Below are positions 8,604-17,972 of a DNA stretch of 37,795 nt, piece after piece. The notes beneath the pieces were generated by a model. The model was not told the origin of the DNA. It saw only the letters and a list, made by a program, of their open reading frames with translations, and did no database searches. How positions within the stretch are numbered: position 1 is the first letter of the stretch; every line of letters starts with the position of its first letter. The translations under genes and the position numbers were made by a program. The stretch is from a virus (Duplodnaviria > Caudoviricetes), in IMG/VR virus record IMGVR_UViG_3300025066_000067, positions 1 to 37,795 of that record. One strand, written 5' to 3'.

Positions 8604-10262
8604 ATGAGTTCTAACAACATTACCAGTCAAGCTGGTAATTCACAAAGTGTTGATACATCATCAACAGATTCAAACACACAAATAATAACTGACACTAATC
8701 TAATATTAGAACCTACTCTGTTAGATGTAAGATGGATACGGGAGAATATTGACCAATTACGATTTGATTATCCATTGGCATATCAACGACATTATGATCC
8801 GTGGAATAAATCAAAAAAAGAATCATATATTCGTGGTATATGGAATGGGTTATCTACAAAGGACTTGTTCATTATCGTTGATATTAAATCAGTTTTAGAA
8901 AATATACCTAATAATGATAGACGAAAAAGTACATTAAGGTTTAAAAACGATTTAAAAACTTATTTAAAACGGAAGATTTATTATTTAGTAGTAGATGGAC
9001 AACATAGAATTAAGTTGTTCTCTGAATATCTTTTAGAAAAAAGTTATCCTGATAGTACACCTTTTACATTTATTAATGGTAACTTTACTGTCGCGACATC
9101 AACAAATGAGGTTAGTTTAACTAAACATAAGTTTAAAGAGATTAATAGCATACTACAAAATTATTATCTTAATCAAAAAATTATGTGTGTTATAGTTAAA
9201 AAAGCCACACTCAATGGATTGAAAAAATTATTTATTGATTCTAATGATGGTATCCCTGTAAGCTTACAGGATAAACGAAATGCTGGTAATAGTAATATTG
9301 TGGAACATATAAGTAATGTAGCTAATCATCCATATATTTTTGATTACATCTTTAAAGATGACCCTTATACAGGTAAGTTTGAAAATCGGAAACGAGGACA
9401 CGAATTAATATCAACTATATTATTGGCGTTTGAAATCGACCCGGAAAATCCACGATTGAATAACGAGAAGTTTTTTGATAGTTTATTTGATACAGACCAT
9501 CCATTACATCCACGAGATGAATTTGATGAACCTAAAACTTATCCTACGAGTATATTAAAACGACATAAAAGTAATATGGAAACATTAGCGATTATGTGTA
9601 AGCATATGAATAAAACTTTCTTAAAACAGAAGGGTAGATTATATAACTTATATATGTTTATTTCACTTATGTATTGTAATTCACACGACATAAAAAGGAA
9701 AAATAATATTAATAGCGGTTATAAAATTAATAAACCGGAAGCATTGGTTGATTGGTTTGTGAAATCAGAACTAACAAGAGAAGAGGAAGATAGATATGTT
9801 ATAGAAAGATATAAAGATGGTACTCCCAAATTAGATAAAAAAACAGGAAGTCCTATTTATGTCATGCAACATTCAACCAAGAAGAAAAACTTCGGTAAAT
9901 TGGAAAAGATAAAAAATACTACTTCTTATTATACGGCTTCACATGACGCTCGTAATGAAGAATCAACAGGTATAATTTTGAATAAGTTATTACAAGATGT
10001 AAGTTCTAATATTGATAAATGGTTATCGTTAGGATATATCATCCCAGTTGGTAAAGTCGCAACACGAGTACAAAAAGATACATCACTTGTACAGAATAAT
10101 TTTACTGATATTTATACAGGAAAAGAAATGTCATCTACTGAAATGTATGATGGTACTCTTATACATCATGACCATACATTACCTAAATCATTAGGTGGTA
10201 CTGGTGAAGATAATCTTCGACCAATGTCAGCAAAAGCCAACATTCAGCGTTCAAATAAATAA
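8604..10262 (+). CDS. GmrSD-like protein: DUF262 (ParB/Srx fold) plus C-terminal HNH domain
   Basis: YQR...W, VVDGQHR, F.DSNDG motifs; C-terminal HHDHTLPKSLGG...NLRPMSAKAN. Confidence 0.8.
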   Translation: MSSNNITSQAGNSQSVDTSSTDSNTQIITDTNLILEPTLLDVRWIRENIDQLRFDYPLAYQRHYDPWNKSKKESYIRGIWNGLSTKDLFIIVDIKSVLENIPNNDRRKSTLRFKNDLKTYLKRKIYYLVVDGQHRIKLFSEYLLEKSYPDSTPFTFINGNFTVATSTNEVSLTKHKFKEINSILQNYYLNQKIMCVIVKKATLNGLKKLFIDSNDGIPVSLQDKRNAGNSNIVEHISNVANHPYIFDYIFKDDPYTGKFENRKRGHELISTILLAFEIDPENPRLNNEKFFDSLFDTDHPLHPRDEFDEPKTYPTSILKRHKSNMETLAIMCKHMNKTFLKQKGRLYNLYMFISLMYCNSHDIKRKNNINSGYKINKPEALVDWFVKSELTREEEDRYVIERYKDGTPKLDKKTGSPIYVMQHSTKKKNFGKLEKIKNTTSYYTASHDARNEESTGIILNKLLQDVSSNIDKWLSLGYIIPVGKVATRVQKDTSLVQNNFTDIYTGKEMSSTEMYDGTLIHHDHTLPKSLGGTGEDNLRPMSAKANIQRSNK

Positions 10263-10284
10263 CTATAAATAGAAGAGGTTATAA

Positions 10285-10506
10285 ATGATTAATTTACTCG
10301 GTTGGTTAGCAACATCACTTATCCTATTAGGATATTACCTTAACGCTAAACAAGATACTTCATCGTGGATTGTTTGGTTCGTTGGTAATTTATGTATGTT
10401 AGTATATTCAATATTCATTTCAGCGTGGCCACAAGTTGGTTTAGCAGTTGCGTTGTTATGTTTGAATGTATATGGTTATATAGAATGGAGAAAGAATGAA
10501 AGATAA
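10285..10506 (+). CDS. PnuC/SemiSWEET-like 3-TM protein
   Basis: LGYYLNAK...WIVW.VGN...NVYGYIEW. Confidence 0.6.
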   Translation: MINLLGWLATSLILLGYYLNAKQDTSSWIVWFVGNLCMLVYSIFISAWPQVGLAVALLCLNVYGYIEWRKNER

Positions 10507-10588
10507 ATTACAATTTGTAGGTGTATGGTCAGTATTACTAACATTAAATTGTTTATGTTGGTATGGATTTTATTTAATAGTATTCTAA

Positions 10589-10795
10589 GTGGCCACAAAA
10601 GAATTAGATTTACATGGAGTTAAACACGAAGATGTTGAACATCTTGTAGAGAACTTTGTGTTATTAAACAAAGTACCCCTAAACATCATTACAGGAAACT
10701 CTGATATAATGAGAGATATTGTAGAACGAGTTTGTTTTGAACAAGGATTAGATTATGAACGATGGGATTGGGGTATAATTAAAATACTAAAATAG
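10589..10795 (+). CDS. stand-alone Smr/MutS2 domain protein
   Basis: LDLHG and IITG motifs. Confidence 0.8.
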   Translation: MATKELDLHGVKHEDVEHLVENFVLLNKVPLNIITGNSDIMRDIVERVCFEQGLDYERWDWGIIKILK

Positions 10796-10806
10796 GAGTT
10801 TTAAAT

Positions 10807-10998
10807 ATGGAAGAATATAAAGAAGTTAGAGATAGTAGAATAGATAATTGGTTAGCTATATTAAGAATAATGTTAAATTTTTCATTGTTCATATTAGCGT
10901 TCTTCGCTATGTGGCAATCACCCAATGATACGCTTATTGGTGATGTTTCGTTTGTTGTATGGATTATGACATTACTCAATCTTACTGATAAAAAATAA
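10807..10998 (+). CDS. small membrane protein
   Basis: AGGAG RBS, two TM segments. Confidence 0.6.
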   Translation: MEEYKEVRDSRIDNWLAILRIMLNFSLFILAFFAMWQSPNDTLIGDVSFVVWIMTLLNLTDKK

Positions 10999-11065
10999 CT
11001 TTTAATATTTTACAATAACTTGTTATTTATAATTGTGGGATAACACTTTTACAGAGGATTTATAA

Positions 11066-11248
11066 ATGACAAAAGAACAAAAGAAAGAATTATTCCCATA
11101 CGCGATATGGTTAAACTTCTTCATAGGGTTTTATAACTTATTTTTATATACAAATAATGGTTGGTTATTTAATCTCATTGTAGGCTCACTTAATATTGGT
11201 GTGTGGGTATTCTTTCGGGATAAAGCATTCAAAATATGGAAGAATTAA
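11066..11248 (+). CDS. small membrane protein
   Basis: GAGG RBS, two TM segments. Confidence 0.6.
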   Translation: MTKEQKKELFPYAIWLNFFIGFYNLFLYTNNGWLFNLIVGSLNIGVWVFFRDKAFKIWKN

Positions 11249-11403
11249 ATACAGAAGAAAAGTTTATGTGGAGATGGGTGTCGTACCTATTAATTGTTAT
11301 ATACTTATCAATTGGTTTATATAAACAGTATCCGGAAGGATTAAAGATTTTATATTGACCTCTACATACACACGATATTAATATAGAAGGATTAAGTGAA
11401 TGA
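11236..11403 (+). CDS. small membrane protein with internal TGA (11356-11358)
   Basis: ...GLKILY*PLHTHDINIEGLSE then TGA overlapping the next ATG; readthrough fills the intergenic gap exactly. Confidence 0.45.
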
Positions 11404-11768
11404 AATTTTTAACACGAAAATTAGTTACACCAGCCGACTTAAATCCGAGAGGAACATTACATGGTGGACAATTACTTAAATGGATAGACGAAGAAGCAGG
11501 AATTTATGCAGCGTGTCAATTAAATACAGGATTACTAGTAACTAGATATATGTCTGAAATAGATTTTGCTGGTTATGTATTACCCGGTGATGTTGTTGAG
11601 ATAGGTATGGAAACACTTGAAGTTGGTAAGACATCGATAACTTTAAGATGTGAAGTGAGAGCTAAACAAAGAGATGAAGTAATTTTAAAGATAGATAAGA
11701 TTATATTTGTTAGAGTAAATAAATACGGACAACCTAAACCACACGGAGCGACTTGGGAAGATGAATAA
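11400..11768 (+). CDS. hotdog-fold acyl-CoA thioesterase (YciA-like)
   Basis: P.DLNP.GTLHGG.LLKWIDE.A, VGKTSI. Confidence 0.9.
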   Translation: MKFLTRKLVTPADLNPRGTLHGGQLLKWIDEEAGIYAACQLNTGLLVTRYMSEIDFAGYVLPGDVVEIGMETLEVGKTSITLRCEVRAKQRDEVILKIDKIIFVRVNKYGQPKPHGATWEDE

Positions 11769-12015
11769 AAAAGATGTAAGAATATCACCAAGTGCATATC
11801 ACGGTAAGAAAACAATCGGTGTTACGATAGAAAAATATAATAAGTTAGAAGAAGATTACGCTCAAACAATGGTAGATAGAAATTCATTCTTATTGGAAAA
11901 AGAAAGTTTAGAAATACAAGTGAAAAAATTAGAAGATAGAATATCACAGTTAGAACACGACTTGTATTATGAAAGACGAAACAGAAGAATAAGTGAGATG
12001 TATAATGAAAAATAA
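11761..12015 (+). CDS. coiled-coil hypothetical protein
   Basis: ORF track, heptad pattern. Confidence 0.6.
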   Translation: MNKKDVRISPSAYHGKKTIGVTIEKYNKLEEDYAQTMVDRNSFLLEKESLEIQVKKLEDRISQLEHDLYYERRNRRISEMYNEK

Positions 12016-12218
12016 AAAATGTTGTAATAGTGATAAACCGTTAGAAATTAAAACACCGTATCCATCAAAGAATGATGATTGGTATTTAATTCACAAACGA
12101 ATACACTTTGAGAAATGGTTAGACCAATACAATCATATAATGGAATTTTCAAGAACACTAATTCAGTTAGGTGGTTTTATCTTACAACTAATAATCCTTT
12201 GGAAATTGTTCTCATAGA

Positions 12219-12572
12219 ATGAGATGGAAAAAAGGTAATCGTTGGAAAAGTAGTAAGAGTGAAGTAAGATATAAGACTTGGAGAAAGAATGTATTTGAAC
12301 TCAACAAAGGTAAGTATGGTTATCAAAAACATTATGTATGTGTTAAGTGTAATAAGAAAAGAAAAACAACAAGAGTGTTACATGCACATCACATCTATTC
12401 CTGGAAAAAGTTTCCTGATAAAAGATATACAATGAAGAATGGTGTTGTGTTATGTATTAAATGTCATAATGCATTTCACAGAAAGTATAAGTTTGAAGCA
12501 TTATATAAACCAGAATTATTATTAGAATATCTGGATAACGATAAGATAATAGCTGAGTATATCGACAAGTAA
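12219..12572 (+). CDS. HNH endonuclease
   Basis: CVKC...LHAHHI...NGVVLCIKCHNAFH. Confidence 0.9.
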   Translation: MRWKKGNRWKSSKSEVRYKTWRKNVFELNKGKYGYQKHYVCVKCNKKRKTTRVLHAHHIYSWKKFPDKRYTMKNGVVLCIKCHNAFHRKYKFEALYKPELLLEYLDNDKIIAEYIDK

Positions 12573-12641
12573 ATTCTTGGGGTGTTTACTTAAAGTATCT
12601 TATATTTATATACAACAGAAACACATTAAACAAAGTGGGAA

Positions 12642-13244
12642 TTGAGGATAAACATTATGGGTAAGAAACAAAAAGTTAAATACCGAATCATTCCAGAATC
12701 GTTATTGAAAGATTTAGTACAATTTATTGATGAAGTTCAATTCGATGCTGTGAAATCAGATTCAACCGAAGGACATCACATAATAAACTTGTGTAATTAT
12801 TTAGTATCTTGTTTAATAAATTCTGACAGTTTTACTGATGAGTATAATGAATTTAATGAATTTAATGAAGAAGGTGAACCAGGTTATGATGAATCAGATA
12901 TTCCACCAGAAGCTTACGATTGGGATTCTACAGCATCATTTGATAACATACATAACTATGAATTTCCTGATATGTCAGAAGAAGATTATGAAAAAATGTT
13001 ATCTGAATTTGATAGATTTTTTGTAGGGTATAAAAAAGCTTACTATAAAAAAGGTGCAAAAGATTCACTTAATCAATTTAAGAAAGACTTGAAAGCTGAT
13101 AAAGATTTAACATCTGAAGAAAAGTTTGAATTATATTATGATGAATATAAGAAACGAAAGTTGGAGAAAGAATCTGCTACATTAGATGAAATACTTGAAA
13201 AATTAAAGTTACGAAAAGAAAGTGGTGGTTCTGATACACACTAA
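12642..13244 (+). CDS. acidic hypothetical protein
   Basis: ORF track (ATG 12657 likely start). Confidence 0.7.
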   Translation: MRINIMGKKQKVKYRIIPESLLKDLVQFIDEVQFDAVKSDSTEGHHIINLCNYLVSCLINSDSFTDEYNEFNEFNEEGEPGYDESDIPPEAYDWDSTASFDNIHNYEFPDMSEEDYEKMLSEFDRFFVGYKKAYYKKGAKDSLNQFKKDLKADKDLTSEEKFELYYDEYKKRKLEKESATLDEILEKLKLRKESGGSDTH

Positions 13245-13273
13245 TTAACTTATTAACATTGGAGGTGGGAACA

Positions 13274-13504
13274 ATGGCTATAGAAGATTTTAATATAAAC
13301 CAACAAGTATCTATTAAAGGTAAATCACAAATAGGTAAAGATAAGATTAAAGAACACGGAAGTATATGACGCGTCAAGGGTAAAGTTAAAGAGAATCAAC
13401 TTCCCTGGATTAAGAATGATTCAATCTTATTAGAATCATTAACAGACGGAGTTACTTCAAGTTGGCTAAACTTGATTGTAGATAATGATTTAAAATTAAT
13501 TTAA
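13274..13504 (+). CDS. small phage protein interrupted by in-frame TGA (13367-13369)
   Basis: GGAGGT RBS; MAIEDF...GKDKIKEHGSI*RVKGK...DNDLKLI; 76 codons filling an otherwise empty gap. Confidence 0.6.
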
Positions 13505-13546
13505 AAAAATAAAAAAATAATACTTGTTTTATATTTATAATAAACA

Positions 13547-14032
13547 ATGGAGTATTATGTTATGTGGCATAGATTTTACGGAGAGAATATAGAAGATTTA
13601 GAACAGACAATTCTAACTGATGTAACAGAAGTATCAACAGATGATTTAGAATTTATTGTTGGTGCTGATAGTCAATGGAACAAAGGTAGAATAACTTATA
13701 CAGTTGTTATAGTTATGTTGATGAAAGGTAAAGGTGCTAAAGGTTACTACAAGAAACAGATAACATCTAAAGGACATTCCGTATCAATGCAACAAAGATT
13801 ATTTACTGAAACATACCAAGCGGTTGAAGTTGCTATGTGGTTAAATCCTATATTAGAAAGTATTGGTTACGAAGTTAAAGAAGTACATACAGATTTAAAT
13901 CCAAGTCCTGAATATCTGAGTTATCAAGTAGTACAACAATGTCTTGGTTATATCAAAGGTATGGGATTTGAAGGTAAGTTGAAACCTGATAGTTGGGCTG
14001 CTAATAGTGTGGCTGATTATCGTACAAAATAA
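13547..14032 (+). CDS. RNase H-like YkuK/DUF458 family protein
   Basis: IVGADSQ, RLFTET, EVHTDLN, KPDSWAANSVAD. Confidence 0.85.
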   Translation: MEYYVMWHRFYGENIEDLEQTILTDVTEVSTDDLEFIVGADSQWNKGRITYTVVIVMLMKGKGAKGYYKKQITSKGHSVSMQQRLFTETYQAVEVAMWLNPILESIGYEVKEVHTDLNPSPEYLSYQVVQQCLGYIKGMGFEGKLKPDSWAANSVADYRTK

Positions 14033-14035
14033 TCC

Positions 14036-14165
14036 TTGACTTGTGTCATAAAAGATCCGTATATTATAGAGTAATGATAAGGGAATAAAATTACTCAACT
14101 TAAAAAAATAATTCAAAAAAAAGTGAAAATAAACCTTGACCCGCATGCGGAAATGGTATTATATT
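14036..14165 (+). promoter_or_regulatory. two tandem early promoters 100 bp apart
   Basis: TTGACT-N18-TATATT (14036-14065) and TTGACC-N18-TATATT (14136-14165) with CCGCATGCGG palindrome. Confidence 0.8.
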
Positions 14166-14208
14166 ATAGTAGAAGATGAGAGAGAAATTAAATAAAAAAG
14201 GAAATTCA

Positions 14209-16392
14209 ATGAAATTAAATAATGATAATAGAGGATTCACTTTCAGAAGTAGTCCTTCTAAACCAAAAACTTATACTTCATTCTGGGATAATTCATCAGA
14301 TAATTATAATGTAGATGAATTTCTTGGTAATGATGTAGAGAAATCTAAAGGTAAAGATTTAGTTGCTTTGGCTGGTTATAAAAGAGCCATTAGTAACTTT
14401 GTCAATATCGTTACTGGTGATTCTATTCCAGTCGTGTTCAATAATAATGAACAATCATTTACTGATGGTAAAACTGTTACTATCGGTTCTAATTTAGATG
14501 ACAAGAAATTTGATATAGCTGTTGGGTTGGCTCTTCACGAGGCTTCTCACATTAAACTATCTGACTTTGATTTCCTTAGAAATTTAGAGTTTGAAATTCC
14601 TACTGAAACTTATGTATTAGGTGAAGGTAAAGGTGTTGTTAAATCTGAAGTTATTAATTTAGTTAAATCACTTTTAAACTATGTTGAAGATAGGAGAATT
14701 GATAATTTCATTTTTACTACTTCTCCTGGTTATAAAGGTTATTATCATTCTATGTATGATAAGTATTTTTATTCAAAGAATGTAGATAAAGGTTTACTTT
14801 CTTCTGAAATGAGAATTGAAAATATTGAAAGTTATATGTTTAGAATTATTAATCTTCATAATAAAAATCGTCAGTTGGGTGCTCTTGTTGGGTTGAAAGA
14901 AATTTATTCACTTATTGATTTTAGAAATGTTTCACGGTTGACTTCTACTAAAGAAGTTTTTGATGTGGCTCTTAAAGTTTGTAATGTAGTTCTTAATTCA
15001 ATTGATAAGATTGAACTACCAGATGAATCAGAAGGTAATCAAAATGGTTCTGATGGTGGAAAATCTGTTGAGGTTCCTGGTGGTGATAATGAAAATGGTG
15101 ATGGTAATGGTTCTGGTGGTGGTTCTGGTGATAACACTTTAAGTGATGATGAATTTTCTGACTTACTTGATTCTATTGAAAATGGTTCTGATAGTGGTGA
15201 TGGTTCTGATGGTGGAAAATCTGTTGAGGTTCCTGGTGGAATGGGTAATGGTTCAATGAATGATGATGGTTCAGAACCTGTTGAACTTTCAGATAGACAA
15301 AAAGAACTTTTGAAAAAAGCTTTTGAAAAACAAGAAAAGTTTTTAGACGGTGATGTTCAAAAAACTAAACTTTCTAAAAAAGATAATTCTTCTTTGAAAG
15401 CTGTTGATGAAAGTGGAGCGAGTTATGAACAAGTTGGTGATGGTGTTTCAAAAGATTGGAATGGAACTCCTGTTGGGAACGGAACTAAATGTTTGGTTGT
15501 TAAAAAACTAACTCAAAGTTTAGTTGATTCAGATATGTTTGGATGTGCTTCTAAATATAATCAAGATAGATATAATAGTGAACGTAGTTATAAAAATTAC
15601 AACTTTGTTGAAGAAGGTTTAAGACTCGGTTCTGTTCTCGGAAAAAAATTAAAAGTTCGCGGTGAAGAAACTTCACTTAAATATTCAAGACAAAACTCTG
15701 GTAAGATTGATAAGAGATTAATTTCTGAATTAGGTTTCGGAAACTCTGATGTGTTTAGTCAAACTTTTGTTGAGAGATATAACAAAGCTTACTTACATAT
15801 TTCAATTGACGCTTCTGGTTCTATGGGTGGTGATAAATTTAATAAAGCTATGACTTCGGCTGTGGCTATGATTAAGGCTTGTGATATGGCTGGTAACATT
15901 GATGTGGTTGTTTCAGTTAGAACTACTCACGGTGGAACTTGGAAAAACAAAGTTGATGTTCCATTAATCTTAGTGGCTTATGATTCTCGTGTTGATAAAC
16001 TTACTAAAGTTAGAACTTTATTTACATCACTTGATGTTGATGGAACTACACCAGAAGGTTTATGTTTTGAAGCGATTCTAAAAGATTTGATTCCTGGAAA
16101 TTCTAATCAAGATAGTTACTTTATTAATTATTCAGATGGTCAGCCTTGGTACTCTAACTCTGAAATTAGATATGGTGGTGAAAATGCTGAGAACCATACT
16201 CGTAAAATGGTTTCTGAAATGAGAGCTCGTGGATTGAAAGTTATGAGTTATTTCATTGGTAGTGAAAGATATGGCAATGATTCCGATATGAGTAGTTTCA
16301 AAAAGATGTATGGTAATGATGCTTCTTTCATCAACGCTACTAACATGATGGAAGTTTCAAAAACTATGAACAAAAAATTCTTGGAGGTTTAA
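14209..16392 (+). CDS. HExxH metallopeptidase-like + acidic linker + VWA domain protein (CobT/NorD-like AAA+ partner)
   Basis: LALHEASH, NYVEDRRID, G/D/S-rich linker, MIDAS DASGS, TPEG, YSDG. Confidence 0.85.
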   Translation: MKLNNDNRGFTFRSSPSKPKTYTSFWDNSSDNYNVDEFLGNDVEKSKGKDLVALAGYKRAISNFVNIVTGDSIPVVFNNNEQSFTDGKTVTIGSNLDDKKFDIAVGLALHEASHIKLSDFDFLRNLEFEIPTETYVLGEGKGVVKSEVINLVKSLLNYVEDRRIDNFIFTTSPGYKGYYHSMYDKYFYSKNVDKGLLSSEMRIENIESYMFRIINLHNKNRQLGALVGLKEIYSLIDFRNVSRLTSTKEVFDVALKVCNVVLNSIDKIELPDESEGNQNGSDGGKSVEVPGGDNENGDGNGSGGGSGDNTLSDDEFSDLLDSIENGSDSGDGSDGGKSVEVPGGMGNGSMNDDGSEPVELSDRQKELLKKAFEKQEKFLDGDVQKTKLSKKDNSSLKAVDESGASYEQVGDGVSKDWNGTPVGNGTKCLVVKKLTQSLVDSDMFGCASKYNQDRYNSERSYKNYNFVEEGLRLGSVLGKKLKVRGEETSLKYSRQNSGKIDKRLISELGFGNSDVFSQTFVERYNKAYLHISIDASGSMGGDKFNKAMTSAVAMIKACDMAGNIDVVVSVRTTHGGTWKNKVDVPLILVAYDSRVDKLTKVRTLFTSLDVDGTTPEGLCFEAILKDLIPGNSNQDSYFINYSDGQPWYSNSEIRYGGENAENHTRKMVSEMRARGLKVMSYFIGSERYGNDSDMSSFKKMYGNDASFINATNMMEVSKTMNKKFLEV
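15044..15239. repeat. exact 40-bp direct repeat in VWA linker
   Basis: atggttctgatggtggaaaatctgttgaggttcctggtgg at 15044-15083 and 15200-15239. Confidence 0.9.
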
Positions 16393-16393
16393 T

Positions 16394-16603
16394 ATGAATA
16401 TAGAAGATAGAATATATGAAGATGTACACAACTACACCAAATTTAAATTGGTAGAGATGTTAATTAATAGATTACACGAAGATAAACTAAAATTAGATAA
16501 TCTAAATTCAATTGAAGATTTAGCTGATGATGTTTTAAAGACATTAGCTATCACCGGATTAAAATTTCATAACGAACTTAAAGGAAACTTTGAATGCGAA
16601 TAG
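16394..16603 (+). CDS. hypothetical protein
   Basis: ORF track, GGAGG RBS. Confidence 0.65.
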   Translation: MNIEDRIYEDVHNYTKFKLVEMLINRLHEDKLKLDNLNSIEDLADDVLKTLAITGLKFHNELKGNFECE

Positions 16604-17157
16604 GTATCGATTGTGATGGTGTGCTTAGGGATTTTATCCCACACCTAATAGACAACATTAAAGAAACTCATCCGGAACATACTGATAAAATTCTGACACC
16701 AACATCTTGGGATTGGGAACAGTGGTTACCATTCTGGACAGATGAAGAAACTGAAAAATATGTTTTTGAAGATAACTACATCACATTGTTTGGAGTTGAT
16801 TGTCCACCCATAAAAGAATCATTTGAAGATTGGACTAAATTAAAAAGATGGGCGGAAGATAATGACCACGAATTAATTTTAGTATCAGCACAACGAGAAA
16901 ATTGTGAGGAACTAACTACTGAATGGTTACAACGCTGGGGATTTATGTTTGATGAAATTCATTACACTCACGACAAATGGTCTGTTGATGTAGATGTTTT
17001 AATTGATGACTCACCGGACAAGTTGGCTCACTTTAAAGATAGAAGTGTAGCCTATGGAACTCCCATTGTAATGAAACAAACCTGGAACGAAAATATCAGA
17101 GATAAGTATATAGGTATTGACAGACTCTCTGATATTATGTCAGTTGTGTTTGGTTAG
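16594..17157 (+). CDS. HAD-family 5'(3')-deoxyribonucleotidase (NT5C-like)
   Basis: IGIDCDGVLRD, K..VDVLIDDSP. Confidence 0.9.
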   Translation: MRIGIDCDGVLRDFIPHLIDNIKETHPEHTDKILTPTSWDWEQWLPFWTDEETEKYVFEDNYITLFGVDCPPIKESFEDWTKLKRWAEDNDHELILVSAQRENCEELTTEWLQRWGFMFDEIHYTHDKWSVDVDVLIDDSPDKLAHFKDRSVAYGTPIVMKQTWNENIRDKYIGIDRLSDIMSVVFG

Positions 17158-17277
17158 ATGTCATATATAGTCTGACAGAAATACTATAAAAATAGTTTGA
17201 CACGGTTTTTGTAATAATAGGGGTGTAGGTTGAAAATGGTTTCAACATAAACAAAAACAAACACAGGAGAAAACGAA

Positions 17278-17646
17278 ATGTTTTATACAATAAATAATAA
17301 TTTAGTAAATGATTTTTTTAATGATTTAGATACAATCTTTACCTCATCAAGATATCCAAAACCAAAGAATTACAAAACTTCATCAGATGAAGATGGTGTA
17401 ACTTTGACAATGAATGTTCCAGGTTACAATAAGAAAACCATTGAAGTTACAATTGATGATGGTCATCTTGTAATTTCTGGAAAACCAAAAACAGGCGATA
17501 CAGATGGATTTGAAAAAAGATTTACACTTAACGATAACTTTGATACAGATAATATTGAAGCAACAGTTGCTGATGGTGTTCTTACAGTTTTAGTTTCATA
17601 TATTGAAGAAGTTAAACCAAAGAAAATTGAAGTTAAAGTTAAATAA
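17278..17646 (+). CDS. small heat shock protein Hsp20
   Basis: VPG..K..IEV, F.KRFTL, A...DGVLTV, KKIEV. Confidence 0.9.
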   Translation: MFYTINNNLVNDFFNDLDTIFTSSRYPKPKNYKTSSDEDGVTLTMNVPGYNKKTIEVTIDDGHLVISGKPKTGDTDGFEKRFTLNDNFDTDNIEATVADGVLTVLVSYIEEVKPKKIEVKVK

Positions 17647-17648
17647 GA

Positions 17649-17828
17649 TTGGAAACGATTGATTTCCAAAACAAACGATGGCAGGTTATGGCGAAGGTGG
17701 AAGGTCATCGAGTTGATGACCATACCACTTTAAAAAAAAGTTATGATTGTGATTTAGTTCTTAAAGATAAGAATAATATTTTCTTTATCTTGAATGAATT
17801 AATAGATGCTGAATTTGAGGAAATCTAA
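17649..17828 (+). CDS. hypothetical protein (59 aa)
   Basis: TTG start, open frame to TAA 17826-17828 directly after hsp20. Confidence 0.5.
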   Translation: METIDFQNKRWQVMAKVEGHRVDDHTTLKKSYDCDLVLKDKNNIFFILNELIDAEFEEI

Positions 17829-17877
17829 ATGTAGGTGATTCTCATTCTCAATCACTATCATCGGTTATAGAAAACTT

Positions 17878-17903
17878 AAAGGTTCTTTCATTAGGGCCTT
17901 TTT
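17878..17903 (+). terminator. probable intrinsic terminator
   Basis: aaaggttct/agggccttt plus T run. Confidence 0.55.
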
Positions 17904-17972
17904 GTGTTACCCATCACATTGATGATTTATTTCTTCTGTTTCATAAATTGTTTTTCTATTTATAGTAGAACA

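Noticed and set aside
15044-15239. 40-bp repeat as mobile-element or att site
   Set aside because: In-frame duplication within a low-complexity linker; no integrase or transposase nearby
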